The translations under genes and the position numbers were made by a program. From positions 992,001-1,056,000 of the forward strand of contig JAUPSS010000003.1 in NCBI GenBank assembly GCA_040285825.1: a DNA stretch of 64,000 bases. The letters are read 5' to 3'. Within the stretch, counting starts at the first letter, position 1. The number at the start of each line of letters is the position of its first letter. Positions 54,438-64,000 of the stretch are shown in pieces. The notes under the pieces were generated by a model. That model did not search any database. It was not told the DNA's origin and saw nothing but the letters and a program-made list of their open reading frames with translations. The DNA comes from Eukaryota sp. TZLM1-RC (lineage: Eukaryota; Protista; Metamonada: BaSk clade).

Positions 54438-56519
54438 ATGGATGACCTTCTTGCACCAACTATAGTACCTCTCTCATCCATCACTTCGTTAGATGAGTCA
54501 CTCCGGAATTATGCTATTGAACAACTTCCTCAATCAGCGGATAGTATGGATAAGCTTCTATATCCTCTTCTTAACAAAATGAAGTCTCTATCTCCTTTCG
54601 AATATTTTGCAACGTCCACGAAAATACTGTCTTTCTCACTTCTTTGCTGTCACAAATTGTTATCCAACATACCCCCAGATGATGCCCAGACAGCTGTCCG
54701 TATCTCCACAATCTTCAGCTCTACCCTATCAACCATTCTTTCTCTTTCTCCCCTCCCCTCTCTGCCCTACATCCTCCACTTTCTCAAGACCTCTTCAACT
54801 GCTATATCCTCTTCTCTTATGAACCGTAAACTTTCTGATCAGTATATTCCTGCTCTTATTCTCCCTGCTATTAACTCTGCAATTCACAGACTCTCCCCTG
54901 TCACTGGTTGTGTCGTCCCTTCCCCTCCTATTGACTTGCCTATGGGTGTAGATGAGTTGGGTTCAGAAGAAGGCGTGTTTTCTGGCTTGATTTTCTCCTT
55001 TGGGTTTAATACGTTGAAACACCGAATGTTTCTACCCAGTTCTACATCTGCTCTCCCAGTCACTAGTGATGACGTTATGTGTGACGTGATTGGTTTGACT
55101 GAGGAAGAAATGGAAGGTGATTTACAATTGTCTCTGAATTTGGTTCAATTTGATGACTTGAGTTCTAAATCTCAATCCTTGAAACATTTGTTCCATGTGT
55201 TTTTCCAAGTTGTCAAGTATACGGACACCCTCGAAGAGTTACCTCGGAATTTTCAAGAATGGGGAGTACTACCCAATGTCCAGCTTGTGCTGTCCTTTAT
55301 CTCTCAGTTAATCCCCCGTTTAAACTCAGAAGTTGATCAAATCTTTTCGCCCGAAGTCTTTAAATTGGAACCCGCTCTTTTTCACGAATATTTAAAGTCG
55401 CCTTTGTTTATATTAAGGGTATTAAGTATTTGTTATCTAATTCTTTCGAAAATTAAACCTCAATTAAATTGTGTGAATTTGTTTGAACAAATTGAATCAC
55501 TTTTCAAATTAATTTGTTCAAAATATAAACTAATTCAGGATTTTCCGAAATATTTAAACAGAATTTTTTTTATAGATGAATTTATGAATGATTTATTTCA
55601 AAAACCCCCATTTCAAAAAGAATTTCCCAATGGCCAGGACAATGTAGATCTTATCATTGAACAATCAGGCTTTTATGTTGATCACATTAAACGTGCTAAG
55701 AATCTGTCAGATTTCACTCATTCCACACGGTTTGTTTCAACTCCAGAAAAAGCATTGGATGTTCTAAGGAAAAGAGCTGCAGAAATGCTTTCTCTTCAAC
55801 AGGCAATTGATTTGATAAAGAAACATCCAAATCTTTTGAATAACAACAAATTTAGTTATAGATTGGCTTGTATCGTTGATCGTGAGTCTCCATGGTTATT
55901 GTCCAAATATGTCCAGAATAATCATTCTTGGGATTTCCTAGTCGCACCACCTCAACCTACACCACAAGCAGCAGAAGGAGAGCAGGAGAAAAAGGAAAAA
56001 TCAAGTGAACCACAGAAGGAAGGAAAGGAAATAGACATTTCGCAGCAAGACAAAGTCAAAGAGGGGGAAGAAGACCAGCTTGGCAGCCCAACAGCTGATG
56101 ATGTTCACTCAATGGTGGAAGAAGAGCTTCCACCTGGGGTTTCCCAACCTCCTGTCTTGCAGGAAAAGCCTCAAGAATCCCCTCAACTTGAACAAAAACG
56201 AAAGAAAGCTATTGCTGCTCTTCGTGAGGTAAAGCCAGAGGAGAAGGGAGGTCAATTTCAGCATCACAAGCAAAATGTTTCAAAACCTTCCCCAACCCCA
56301 GTACCTGTTCCCCATGGACATTATACCCCTTCAATTCCTCCTCACTCTAGGCCTGGGCATTGGGGAGCTACAAGACCCATGGAACACAGAGATCCAAATC
56401 CTCCAAGAAGAGCAGGATATGGTTATCCGAGAGGTGGTGGTCAACCCAAACGAGGACCCTATTTTCCTAATGACAGGGAGCCGCGACGAAGAGGACGCTA
56501 CTCAGGCTCTCGTCGTTAA
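54438..56519 (+). CDS. THOC1: Probable THO complex subunit 1-like protein with low-complexity RG-rich tail
   Basis: Long ORF. Segments VFSGLIF..., LEPALFHEYLKSPLF and NNNKFSYRLACIVDRESP resemble THOC1/Hpr1 blocks from memory only; divergent. Confidence 0.5.
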   Translation: MDDLLAPTIVPLSSITSLDESLRNYAIEQLPQSADSMDKLLYPLLNKMKSLSPFEYFATSTKILSFSLLCCHKLLSNIPPDDAQTAVRISTIFSSTLSTILSLSPLPSLPYILHFLKTSSTAISSSLMNRKLSDQYIPALILPAINSAIHRLSPVTGCVVPSPPIDLPMGVDELGSEEGVFSGLIFSFGFNTLKHRMFLPSSTSALPVTSDDVMCDVIGLTEEEMEGDLQLSLNLVQFDDLSSKSQSLKHLFHVFFQVVKYTDTLEELPRNFQEWGVLPNVQLVLSFISQLIPRLNSEVDQIFSPEVFKLEPALFHEYLKSPLFILRVLSICYLILSKIKPQLNCVNLFEQIESLFKLICSKYKLIQDFPKYLNRIFFIDEFMNDLFQKPPFQKEFPNGQDNVDLIIEQSGFYVDHIKRAKNLSDFTHSTRFVSTPEKALDVLRKRAAEMLSLQQAIDLIKKHPNLLNNNKFSYRLACIVDRESPWLLSKYVQNNHSWDFLVAPPQPTPQAAEGEQEKKEKSSEPQKEGKEIDISQQDKVKEGEEDQLGSPTADDVHSMVEEELPPGVSQPPVLQEKPQESPQLEQKRKKAIAALREVKPEEKGGQFQHHKQNVSKPSPTPVPVPHGHYTPSIPPHSRPGHWGATRPMEHRDPNPPRRAGYGYPRGGGQPKRGPYFPNDREPRRRGRYSGSRR

Positions 56520-56743
56520 GTTGATTAAGTGCTTCGGAATTTATTGTATCAAAAGGGTGATGCTTTATGAGCAATTCAGTTTATGTGAATTTTTTTATAA
56601 TTGTCAAAGTTTGGTACTCGATATGATTAGAGAATTTTCTTGTGTAAAAAGTACATTTCTGATTATGTTGATCACTAACATCCAGTGGTGATATTTGATA
56701 AAACTATTTTTTACTTACATAATAAAATCTATATACAATAAAC

Positions 56744-57394
56744 CTATCGAGTCAACATTAAGGAACGTCGTTGAGCAGCCAATTGAAGTTTAAGATCAAT
56801 TAATCTTCTCTTTTCTGCGATTGCAAGAGCAAGTTTACGACGAATCTTAGATAGGCGTTGTGAACTTACCTTAGCCTTTTCAATGACAATTTTTAAACTC
56901 CTTGATTGTTGTTCAGCAGCTTGGCTTAGTCTATTTTGAATTTGTACAAGAGTAACTTTCTGGGGTTTAGTTATTCTTCGAGAAAACAATCTGGCTTTCT
57001 GTTGGCGTTGAGAGAGAAGAAAAGAGCGACGTTCGGCAGCTTCATCAAGTTTATTAGAGATTTGTTTGACTGGTTTGGGTTTGGTCTCTACAAAAGCTTT
57101 TTGTTGTTTTTCAAGCAGATAATGTTGTCCATTTCGGGCAGCCCGTTCTTGTTTTTCTCGAGTAAATGCATCTGTTTCAATCAAGTGTTGACAATGTTGA
57201 GTAATTCTTCTAGAGCGAGCAGCTTCAACCTTTTGGGCTTGTAGAGCAGCTTTCCGAGCAACATTCGAGAGAAAAGCATTTCGATTGCGCTCATAGCGTT
57301 CAAGCTTATCATTAATGACTTGGTGAGAAATGGAACGATCTAGAACAGTGTTTAGCATGATTTCAAAAGGAGACATTCTGTGAGAAAGAATCAT
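56744..57394 (-). CDS. Basic coiled-coil repeat protein
   Basis: Repeated I..KL..A.ERR..L...KA units; ATG at 57394 or 57376. Confidence 0.7.
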   Translation of the reverse strand: MILSHRMSPFEIMLNTVLDRSISHQVINDKLERYERNRNAFLSNVARKAALQAQKVEAARSRRITQHCQHLIETDAFTREKQERAARNGQHYLLEKQQKAFVETKPKPVKQISNKLDEAAERRSFLLSQRQQKARLFSRRITKPQKVTLVQIQNRLSQAAEQQSRSLKIVIEKAKVSSQRLSKIRRKLALAIAEKRRLIDLKLQLAAQRRSLMLTR

Positions 57395-57785
57395 GATAAA
57401 AGAAACTCTATAATCGCTTAAAAGAGGTCGACATGTGACAAGAGAGAATGTAATGACATGACAAAACAAACATGATACCAAAAGTATTGAGTGAGAACTT
57501 AACTAAACAGTACAAGAGGCCATCAGAGAACCAAGTGATGCAACTGCTGTAATAGTCCCATTTATTAGGTTGAAACTCAGTTACCTCATAAACAACAAGA
57601 GTCCTGAGCAGATTGTGTTGTGCTTGTATCTCCATTCCACTACGGGGTTTGTTCAATGGAATGTTGTGACTCATTGAAAGTAGAGCGTCAATGAAATCCA
57701 CCTCAGGAGCGAACTGCGTAAGGTTACCCCAAGAAGTGACCATACAAAACCCTGATTTTAACACCACCAGAATAACAGTTGTTGA

Positions 57786-57924
57786 CATAAAAAAATTACT
57801 GTGACCCACCCCAGTCCAAGTGGAGATGAGGGGGCTGTTCTACCACTGTCTCACCACAGTGCAATGGTGGAGGATAGAACAGAAGTACACATTCATGAGC
57901 GTGTACAAGCCACAAAGGTATGTT
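57786..57924 (-). ncRNA. U1: U1 snRNA
   Basis: 5' AACAUACCU; helix H UGUGGC/GUCACA; SL1 UACAC-GCUCAUGAAU-GUGUA (U1-70K-like loop); SL2 loop AUUGCACU (U1A site, 57858-57865); SL3; Sm-like AAUUUUUUUAUG. 3' end uncertain. Confidence 0.9.
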
Positions 57925-57946
57925 AAAGATTTTTTGATTTATCGAA

Positions 57947-57971
57947 ATTTGAATCCCATCACTAGTGAAGT
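57947..57971 (-). promoter_or_regulatory. PSE-like snRNA promoter element of U1
   Basis: ACTTCACTAGTGATGGGATTCAAAT, 23/25 identical to the element upstream of U2 and at the same spacing. Confidence 0.8.
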
Positions 57972-58287
57972 GTCTATTTAATCACAATTTGCTTGAATAT
58001 GGTTTGATACTTTCTTCTGGTGATATACACTTTAGTATTGTTTTTCCCTGTTTGTCATAAACACTGTAGGATCACAATTCTTCGAACTAAGCACCAAAAC
58101 AGTAATAAAAAACAAGATATTAAATCTTATAAAGATGAAGTTAATTTAATTTATCAAAATTCACATAAGATATAACAATAAAAAAATGTACACATCACAA
58201 ACAACAAACGAATTTTCCAAAAAAAATATTAGTCAATATTCAAACAAGTTTGCCTGCCTATGGCAAACTGAAAGGACAACCATCAAC

Positions 58288-59265
58288 TCACTCATTACAG
58301 ACTTGATCACCAGTGCTCCAAACACAAGTCTCTATTACCTTACCTTCATCTTGAAAAGACCTCTTCAAAACTCGGGAAAGACAGTCTTTGTCATTCTGAC
58401 GAGATGTTTCAAACTCATAAATCAAATAAGAAGGACAATGATTCATGAAGGCCAAAGTGGAACTACCAGAATCACAAACAAGAGTATCTGAGTAAGTAAA
58501 TGGTTTTGAAATTAAAGGTTTATGGGTATGGCCATGAATAACATAGTCAGAAACCAGTTTTGATGAGGAAAACACACCACTTTCATCTTGGCCTGACACG
58601 AACTGCTCAAATGCTGCTTCTTCCAACAAGGCATGCGTTGGCAAAGTCCTACGTGTTGGGGAATGATGTAGACATGTCATTAAAGGAGTTGAATCATCTC
58701 TATTTGCCAGTTGCTTTCTAGCCAATAAACGCTGGTTGTAATCTACTTTTCCCCTTGCTGAAGTGGGTAATATTTGTCCAAATGAGGAGTTTAGCAACAA
58801 AACATCCAAAGGTCCTAATGACAGTACTCTTGGAAACTCTGGGGGCATAAAAGGTCTCATTATCTCATAAGTTTTGTAGGAACTAAAACTATACACAAGG
58901 TCATCATGGTTACCAGGACAACACCATATTTGATTGTTAGATTTCACTGGATAAGGATCATCCTCTATTCTCGGTAGAGGAGTATTATCAACATAAAAAG
59001 GACTTGAAAGAAGAGCATCTCGACACAATGTAAACTCCTCCCTAGTACCTAAACAAGTCAGGTCCCCAGTTATGAGTACATTGTCAGTACCTTCGTTGTG
59101 GGCATCCCTCAGCATGTCAGGAAATAATGCAGTGTCAAAGACTCTGTTGGAAGCAAATTTTCCATTAATTAAGGAAGGTAAGCGCTTGGTGAAGACATCT
59201 ACAACACGAAAGTCCTTACTACTAAAGAAATGAAGGTCAGAGAACTGAGCAACACGGTAAGTCAT
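58288..59265 (-). CDS. Calcineurin-like metallophosphoesterase (CpdA/Icc-like)
   Basis: SDLH, ITGDLT, PGNHD, LHH.P and HGHTH motifs. Confidence 0.9.
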   Translation of the reverse strand: MTYRVAQFSDLHFFSSKDFRVVDVFTKRLPSLINGKFASNRVFDTALFPDMLRDAHNEGTDNVLITGDLTCLGTREEFTLCRDALLSSPFYVDNTPLPRIEDDPYPVKSNNQIWCCPGNHDDLVYSFSSYKTYEIMRPFMPPEFPRVLSLGPLDVLLLNSSFGQILPTSARGKVDYNQRLLARKQLANRDDSTPLMTCLHHSPTRRTLPTHALLEEAAFEQFVSGQDESGVFSSSKLVSDYVIHGHTHKPLISKPFTYSDTLVCDSGSSTLAFMNHCPSYLIYEFETSRQNDKDCLSRVLKRSFQDEGKVIETCVWSTGDQVCNE

Positions 59266-59795
59266 GAAGTTGAAATTAATGAGGTTAATTTTGTATAATT
59301 TAATATTTTGTTCCTATTGCACCAATTGTACTATCATTAGACATTGTTTTGCTTCTTCTCTTGTGGACAAAGAAGTAAGTTCACTGTTCATCAAATCTAC
59401 ATATTGAATTGTTACAGGGAAGGTTGAAGTCTAACTGTTGTCTAGAATACAGATTTAAACAAGTTTTATTTTGTAATCTGGCTTCAATAGTTTTGATTCA
59501 CAGGAAGAGATTTACAACCAATATTGTTCTTTCAAACTTTTTTTTGCTAAAAGGAAAGGAGACAATAACAAATTGGGCACTACATACAACCTACTTTCAA
59601 TAATTTGCTTGACATCTTATTATTTTACTAATCTGCCCGGTTTGACTGCCACCTTTAAAACAATTGTTCCGTTTTAACATTTGAGAAAATATTAAAGCGT
59701 CAAAATTCATTAAATTCAATGAGTCAAGAAGTTAAAAATACTGTATCATTAATTTAGATACTCTATTTCTGATTTTATTATATTCTGATAAATTG

Positions 59796-59820
59796 ACTTC
59801 ACTAGTGAAGGGGTTCAAAT
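59796..59820 (+). promoter_or_regulatory. PSE-like snRNA promoter element of U2
   Basis: ACTTCACTAGTGAAGGGGTTCAAAT, followed by AAATCTTT as in U1. Confidence 0.8.
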
Positions 59821-59843
59821 TGGGAAAGAAATCTTTGTCCTTT

Positions 59844-59996
59844 AGTCTTCGCCTATATGGCTTAGATCAAGTGTAGTATCTGTTCTTATCAGTTTGACAG
59901 CTGATACGTCCTCTTCGGAGGGCTTTCTGTCATCGTATTTGTCTCCACCTTCAATGCTCCCGGCCTTACACCTTTGCTGGGTTGCGTTGTTGGTTC
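59844..59996 (+). ncRNA. U2: U2 snRNA
   Basis: GCC-UAUAU-GGCUUAGAUCAAGUGUAGUAUCUGUUCUUAUCAG...CUGAUACGUCCUC matches the conserved U2 5' domain including GUAGUA; stems IIa, IIb (UUCG), IIc and a 3' stem-loop are present. Confidence 0.96.
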
Positions 59997-60330
59997 TATT
60001 TTAACAACTGTTTGGGTCATCTATGTAGATTTCAACTCACCTTTCCCAATGCAGATATGGTAGTTTATCATTACCTCATTTTCTCTACTAAGATTTCTCT
60101 ATAACGTCTTTGATGGAGTGGACACCCTTCAGTTATATACCTTTATCTCTTTCATATAACAACCCTTTTCAATCTTACGTCTTCAGGCTACCACTTCTTG
60201 TAGTCCACTGACGCAATTAATTACACAACCAAGATACAGCTACTTAACCGAACTCGCCACACTCTTCTTATCAACCATACTAGTAACAAACTGTTCTCAC
60301 CTTAAGGATTAGGAAGATTTACTATCATTT

Positions 60331-60715
60331 TTCTAATAGAGCCCCGTTCTTCTTCAAAAGGATCAATTAGAACAGGGCTCTATTAGAAGAGGGCTGTAAT
60401 GTGAACAAGACTAATAAAAATATTTCATGCTGGTCAAATTGCCAAAACTAAATAAAGAAATCGACAGACTCAAGATCTTCGTCATTAGAGTCATCGTTGA
60501 CAAGCTCATTACCCTCTGCTACAATGGGTACAGCAGAAGGATTGCTTGCTCGGTGTCATCTGGGAACCATGAAGATTAAGGATAATTTTTTACTCAACTC
60601 ATTAAGGACGGACTTTATTCATATGGAAATAATCACCACATGTAGTTTGATCTGCTGAATCACTACATAACAATACTTTCAGCAGGGTTCTATTAGAACA
60701 GGGCCCATTAGAACA
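60331..60715. repeat. Inverted and direct ~17-20-bp repeats (agaacagggctctatt)
   Basis: 19/20 inverted repeat 60331-60350 / 60369-60388, with further direct copies to ~60395 and at 60683-60715. Confidence 0.75.
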
Positions 60716-62721
60716 TCCGGATTTAGTTTTTGATTATTTTGCATTTGAATCATTTCTTAGTGTATTACTGGGCGACGCTCTTGCTCCTTTGCTTTTTTTA
60801 TCATGGATATCATTTCCAACATTCGTATTTTCGAAAGCATTTACAAACTGTCTAAAGGTATTGCCAACAAATAAAGAGAAATTGGATTGGCGTTGAAACC
60901 ATCTAAATGTCATTGGTCTTTATGGAAAAACACACTTTGGCGATAAGTGGTGTAAACATTCAATTTATCAATTGTGATCAAACAACATTTAAGTTTCCTG
61001 GTTCTTGGCATGGTGATTTGGATGAAACTTGGTGGAATTCAAACAATTTATAGAAGATTATAGAAGTTTTGATAAGGTTCTAAGTTTATTGCTGTACGTC
61101 AACTTGAAAAACATATCAAAAACACACCTCCTTAATAGAAGCAGGTCTTGCTTCATCCAATTTTTTTGCTCATTGTCAGACATTTTACCTAGTAACATTG
61201 GTATTTGTTCTACTCTTTCCAGTGATCAGAAAGAATTGTTGTTTATTTTCAATCAAAGGTAGAAGAAATAATTATAGAGAAAAAAGTCTTCATTCTCATT
61301 CGGTGGACATACTGTGTATAACTTTTTTTTCTGTGTATAACAAGCGGAATTCATCAACCGGTTGCAACAATGTTTTAACCTATTGATTTCAATGTGGTTT
61401 TTTGAGTAATCAAATTAGTTCAAACTTGATATCACTCGGTTTATCAACAGCAAACGGAAATGGTAGATCAGTGTTGATTGATCCATTTTTAAACATTGAG
61501 AATCAAGTTCACCAAAATCATAAACGGTGGTTGAAGATTGGGAACATTGTATAGTAATTTGGTTCAAGATCATTATCTTTCATGACAAACTAATTGTTAA
61601 GGTTTATTTTCATTACACAACAAGCATTTCCATGAATCCCGCTTTTTGTGTGGATAAGGGTTCCGTGACATAAGTTGACGTGACATAAGCGGTGCAAAGA
61701 GTTTTCTATGTTGTGGCAGAGGCTTTAGGTAGCAGACCGAAAGATGTGAAAGAAATTGGAGTTTGTTGCTTCCACTTATGATCAACTCGTAATTAGAGAA
61801 TTTCCTATCAAAAAGAGGCCGAAACAAAGCTAAGAAAACAATACAAAAGTGTTGCAGGTATTATTCTTCTGATTTTCTGCAGGCTAAAAATTCCAACGAA
61901 TTACAAAGAAATTGGTAAGTACAAAAAGCTTTCCACTTAAACTGTCAATAAAGTGGTTGGCAATTAGTGAATAATAATTAGTCCAATTTTTCCAACCCCT
62001 GTACAAATCCAAGCAGATATGGTTGACTATTTATTTGTTTATTTTATACGATTCGAAAAATAGGTATGCATTGCGAGCTTAGTGATGTATTCAGAAATTG
62101 CTAAAGATTGTATTTACTGAGCAGAATCCACTCAACAAAAGTGAAGTTTAAACAGATTATTTACGTGCTCGTCAATTCTCTGATTACCATATTTTTCGAG
62201 ATTTAAATCAAAAAATCTCTGGTTGTAGCAAGAACAAGTGGCTCAAAATGCTTGATGAAGTCAACACAGATGAAGAAAAAAGAACTTATAATGATTAACA
62301 ATTATTGGCAAATGGACTGTCAACCTATCAAACAATTTGCGAAAATGAACAGAGAACCAATGTTCATGTTCATTGGCATCTATTTCCTGAAATGGAAGAA
62401 TCAGAACCAGTTTATGTTGAAGTTTATTGATTTAGTGGTATGTGAGTTGCGTAAGCTTCTTGAGACGAGCAATGATTTTGTATCTAGTTTTAAATTTAGT
62501 CAGTCTCTAATTAAAAAAACAAAGAATATCTGTTACCAATATCAGTAAAGCTTACAATCTTTTTTGCTGCTTCTCATCAAAATGATCCAAATTTCTGACA
62601 AATATTAAGTTTTAGCATGTAATTCAATCCATAGACTCAATATTCTTGGCATTTGTATCACTTACTTAATTGCTGATAAATTGTATCGTTCGGTAAAAAA
62701 AATTACAATTTTCAATGTTGA

Positions 62722-63843
62722 CTAATTTTGCCTTACTTTTATTAATTTAGAATTGATTTTAACGTGTGATAGAAAACAACAATTAAAAGTAACGAATGAA
62801 ATAATCTTACTTGGATAATTGGGACAAGTTATTTCTAAATAAGATAAAAATGGTGGTAATTTTAAAAATTCAAAATCATTCTTTATATTCAAACTTAAAG
62901 AGTAAATTAAAGAATCACAAAGATTTTCAATGGAAAAATGGTTCACAAAAATACTTTTCTTGCTTATTTGTTGGAAAAAATGTACTAAAGAAAGCAAAAG
63001 TTCATTAGAACAATAATCAAAGATAAAGCAGTAATTACCATTAGTGGAAATCGCATTTTCTATGTTGAACAAAGGCTTTACCACGATTCCTTCTTGACTA
63101 ATGATGAATTTGATCTTCCTATAGTCAGTGGAACTAAACCTGACAAATTTGATAACATTTAAATTGGGCAAAGATAAATTAAACATAAGATGAAGATGCT
63201 GATCAGAAAGTTCACATAAAATATTCAAATATTTGACACTCGTCAACTGAATGGATGAAGAGCTCACCAATGATGTCAACAAAAAATTACCAATACACAA
63301 TGTTTCGAGACAATGTAGAGAAAGAGTATTTAAAACCCTAATCCCCATTAAAGGACTCGAAGTCATTACATCAGACTCAAACTCCTTTAAACAAACAATT
63401 TGATTTTCAAGCCACAAAACGAACTGCTCAACTTCACCATGAGAAAGAAGGTTAGGGACAAAGAGGACAGTGTTGTGAGGAGAAAGGGAATAATTGAATG
63501 GAGGGTCTGTAGAATAAAAAACGGTAGAGATCTTATGAGCGATTGATCTTGGGGTGAGTGGGTGCTTCATATTAAAGGAAAGGGATGGGAAAAAAGAGGA
63601 TAATGTCAAAAGAGAAGGTATATTGACATTATTAAAAGAAAGGGTGGTTAAGGAACAACAATATGGAAGAATGGCTGATAAGGAAATCAGGGTAGAATTG
63701 TTGAGAGAAGTTAGATTAAGATGATAGAGGTTGGTGAATCGACGTTTGACCAGACGTTTGACTCTATAAGAAATTTCACAACATTTGAGAAGGCTTAGAA
63801 GTGATGAGTAGTTAAAGACACAATCAAGAACAGCTGAAAACAT
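62722..63843 (-). CDS. F-box/LRR-like hypothetical protein
   Basis: 373-aa ORF with an N-terminal VLDCVFNY...L...CEIS pattern and Leu-rich LxxLxL repeats. Confidence 0.6.
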   Translation of the reverse strand: MFSAVLDCVFNYSSLLSLLKCCEISYRVKRLVKRRFTNLYHLNLTSLNNSTLISLSAILPYCCSLTTLSFNNVNIPSLLTLSSFFPSLSFNMKHPLTPRSIAHKISTVFYSTDPPFNYSLSPHNTVLFVPNLLSHGEVEQFVLWLENQIVCLKEFESDVMTSSPLMGIRVLNTLSLHCLETLCIGNFLLTSLVSSSSIQLTSVKYLNILCELSDQHLHLMFNLSLPNLNVIKFVRFSSTDYRKIKFIISQEGIVVKPLFNIENAISTNGNYCFIFDYCSNELLLSLVHFFQQISKKSIFVNHFSIENLCDSLIYSLSLNIKNDFEFLKLPPFLSYLEITCPNYPSKIISFVTFNCCFLSHVKINSKLIKVRQN

Positions 63844-64000
63844 AAGAGAAGTACATTAAAACAAAATAGTTGTTTTGGCAGATTGGTTCAATTGATTGAG
63901 TCTAATTAAAATCATCAAATTACTGATATTTCATATGTTTAAAATTCTTGATTTTGAAGAAATGGACTGTGACAGAAGCTCACAAAATATCGGGTTTGCC

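Noticed and set aside
55059-55070. Extra TCACTAGTGA copies (here and at ~16453)
   Set aside because: Only the 10-bp core matches, inside coding or TE-remnant sequence, without the flanking snRNA motif.
60880-62550. Short ORFs and decayed coding-like sequence
   Set aside because: A faint non-LTR RT trace near 60880-61030, otherwise no coherent frame or motif.

Overview
AT-rich eukaryotic (protist) nuclear DNA with a standard genetic code and about half the window made of transposable elements. Host genes are an AMPK/SNF1-family kinase, SET1-type H3K4 methyltransferase, DNAJC21/JJJ1, a WD40-like protein, TTLL3-type tubulin glycylase (implying a flagellate), a TPR/HAT protein, a GNAT acetyltransferase, a probable THOC1, a metallophosphoesterase and several unknown ORFs. 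The divergent U1 and U2 snRNA genes share upstream and downstream motifs. Introns are tiny (31-34 nt) with the branch point fused to the 3' splice site, resembling metamonads (lineage is inference only). Mobile DNA comprises three diverged Ty3/Gypsy-like LTR retrotransposons, many copies of RLE-type (CRE-like) non-LTR retrotransposons, three decayed Fanzor/TnpB-like nuclease genes (two with structured 3' flanks), and smaller remnants. Main unexplained signals: (1) all three LTR families have a compensatorily conserved perfect 12-bp palindrome (CA-W-TA-NN-TA-W-TG) where the tRNA primer-binding site should be, and two carry the host snRNA-promoter-like motif 74 nt before a gag ATG that lies inside the LTR, suggesting an undescribed tRNA-independent priming system; (2) two of five introns must end in AT rather than AG, with the 3' splice site set 6 nt after the branch A; (3) a Fanzor family with candidate omegaRNA scaffolds. 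All calls were made by eye from the sequence; no searches were run.
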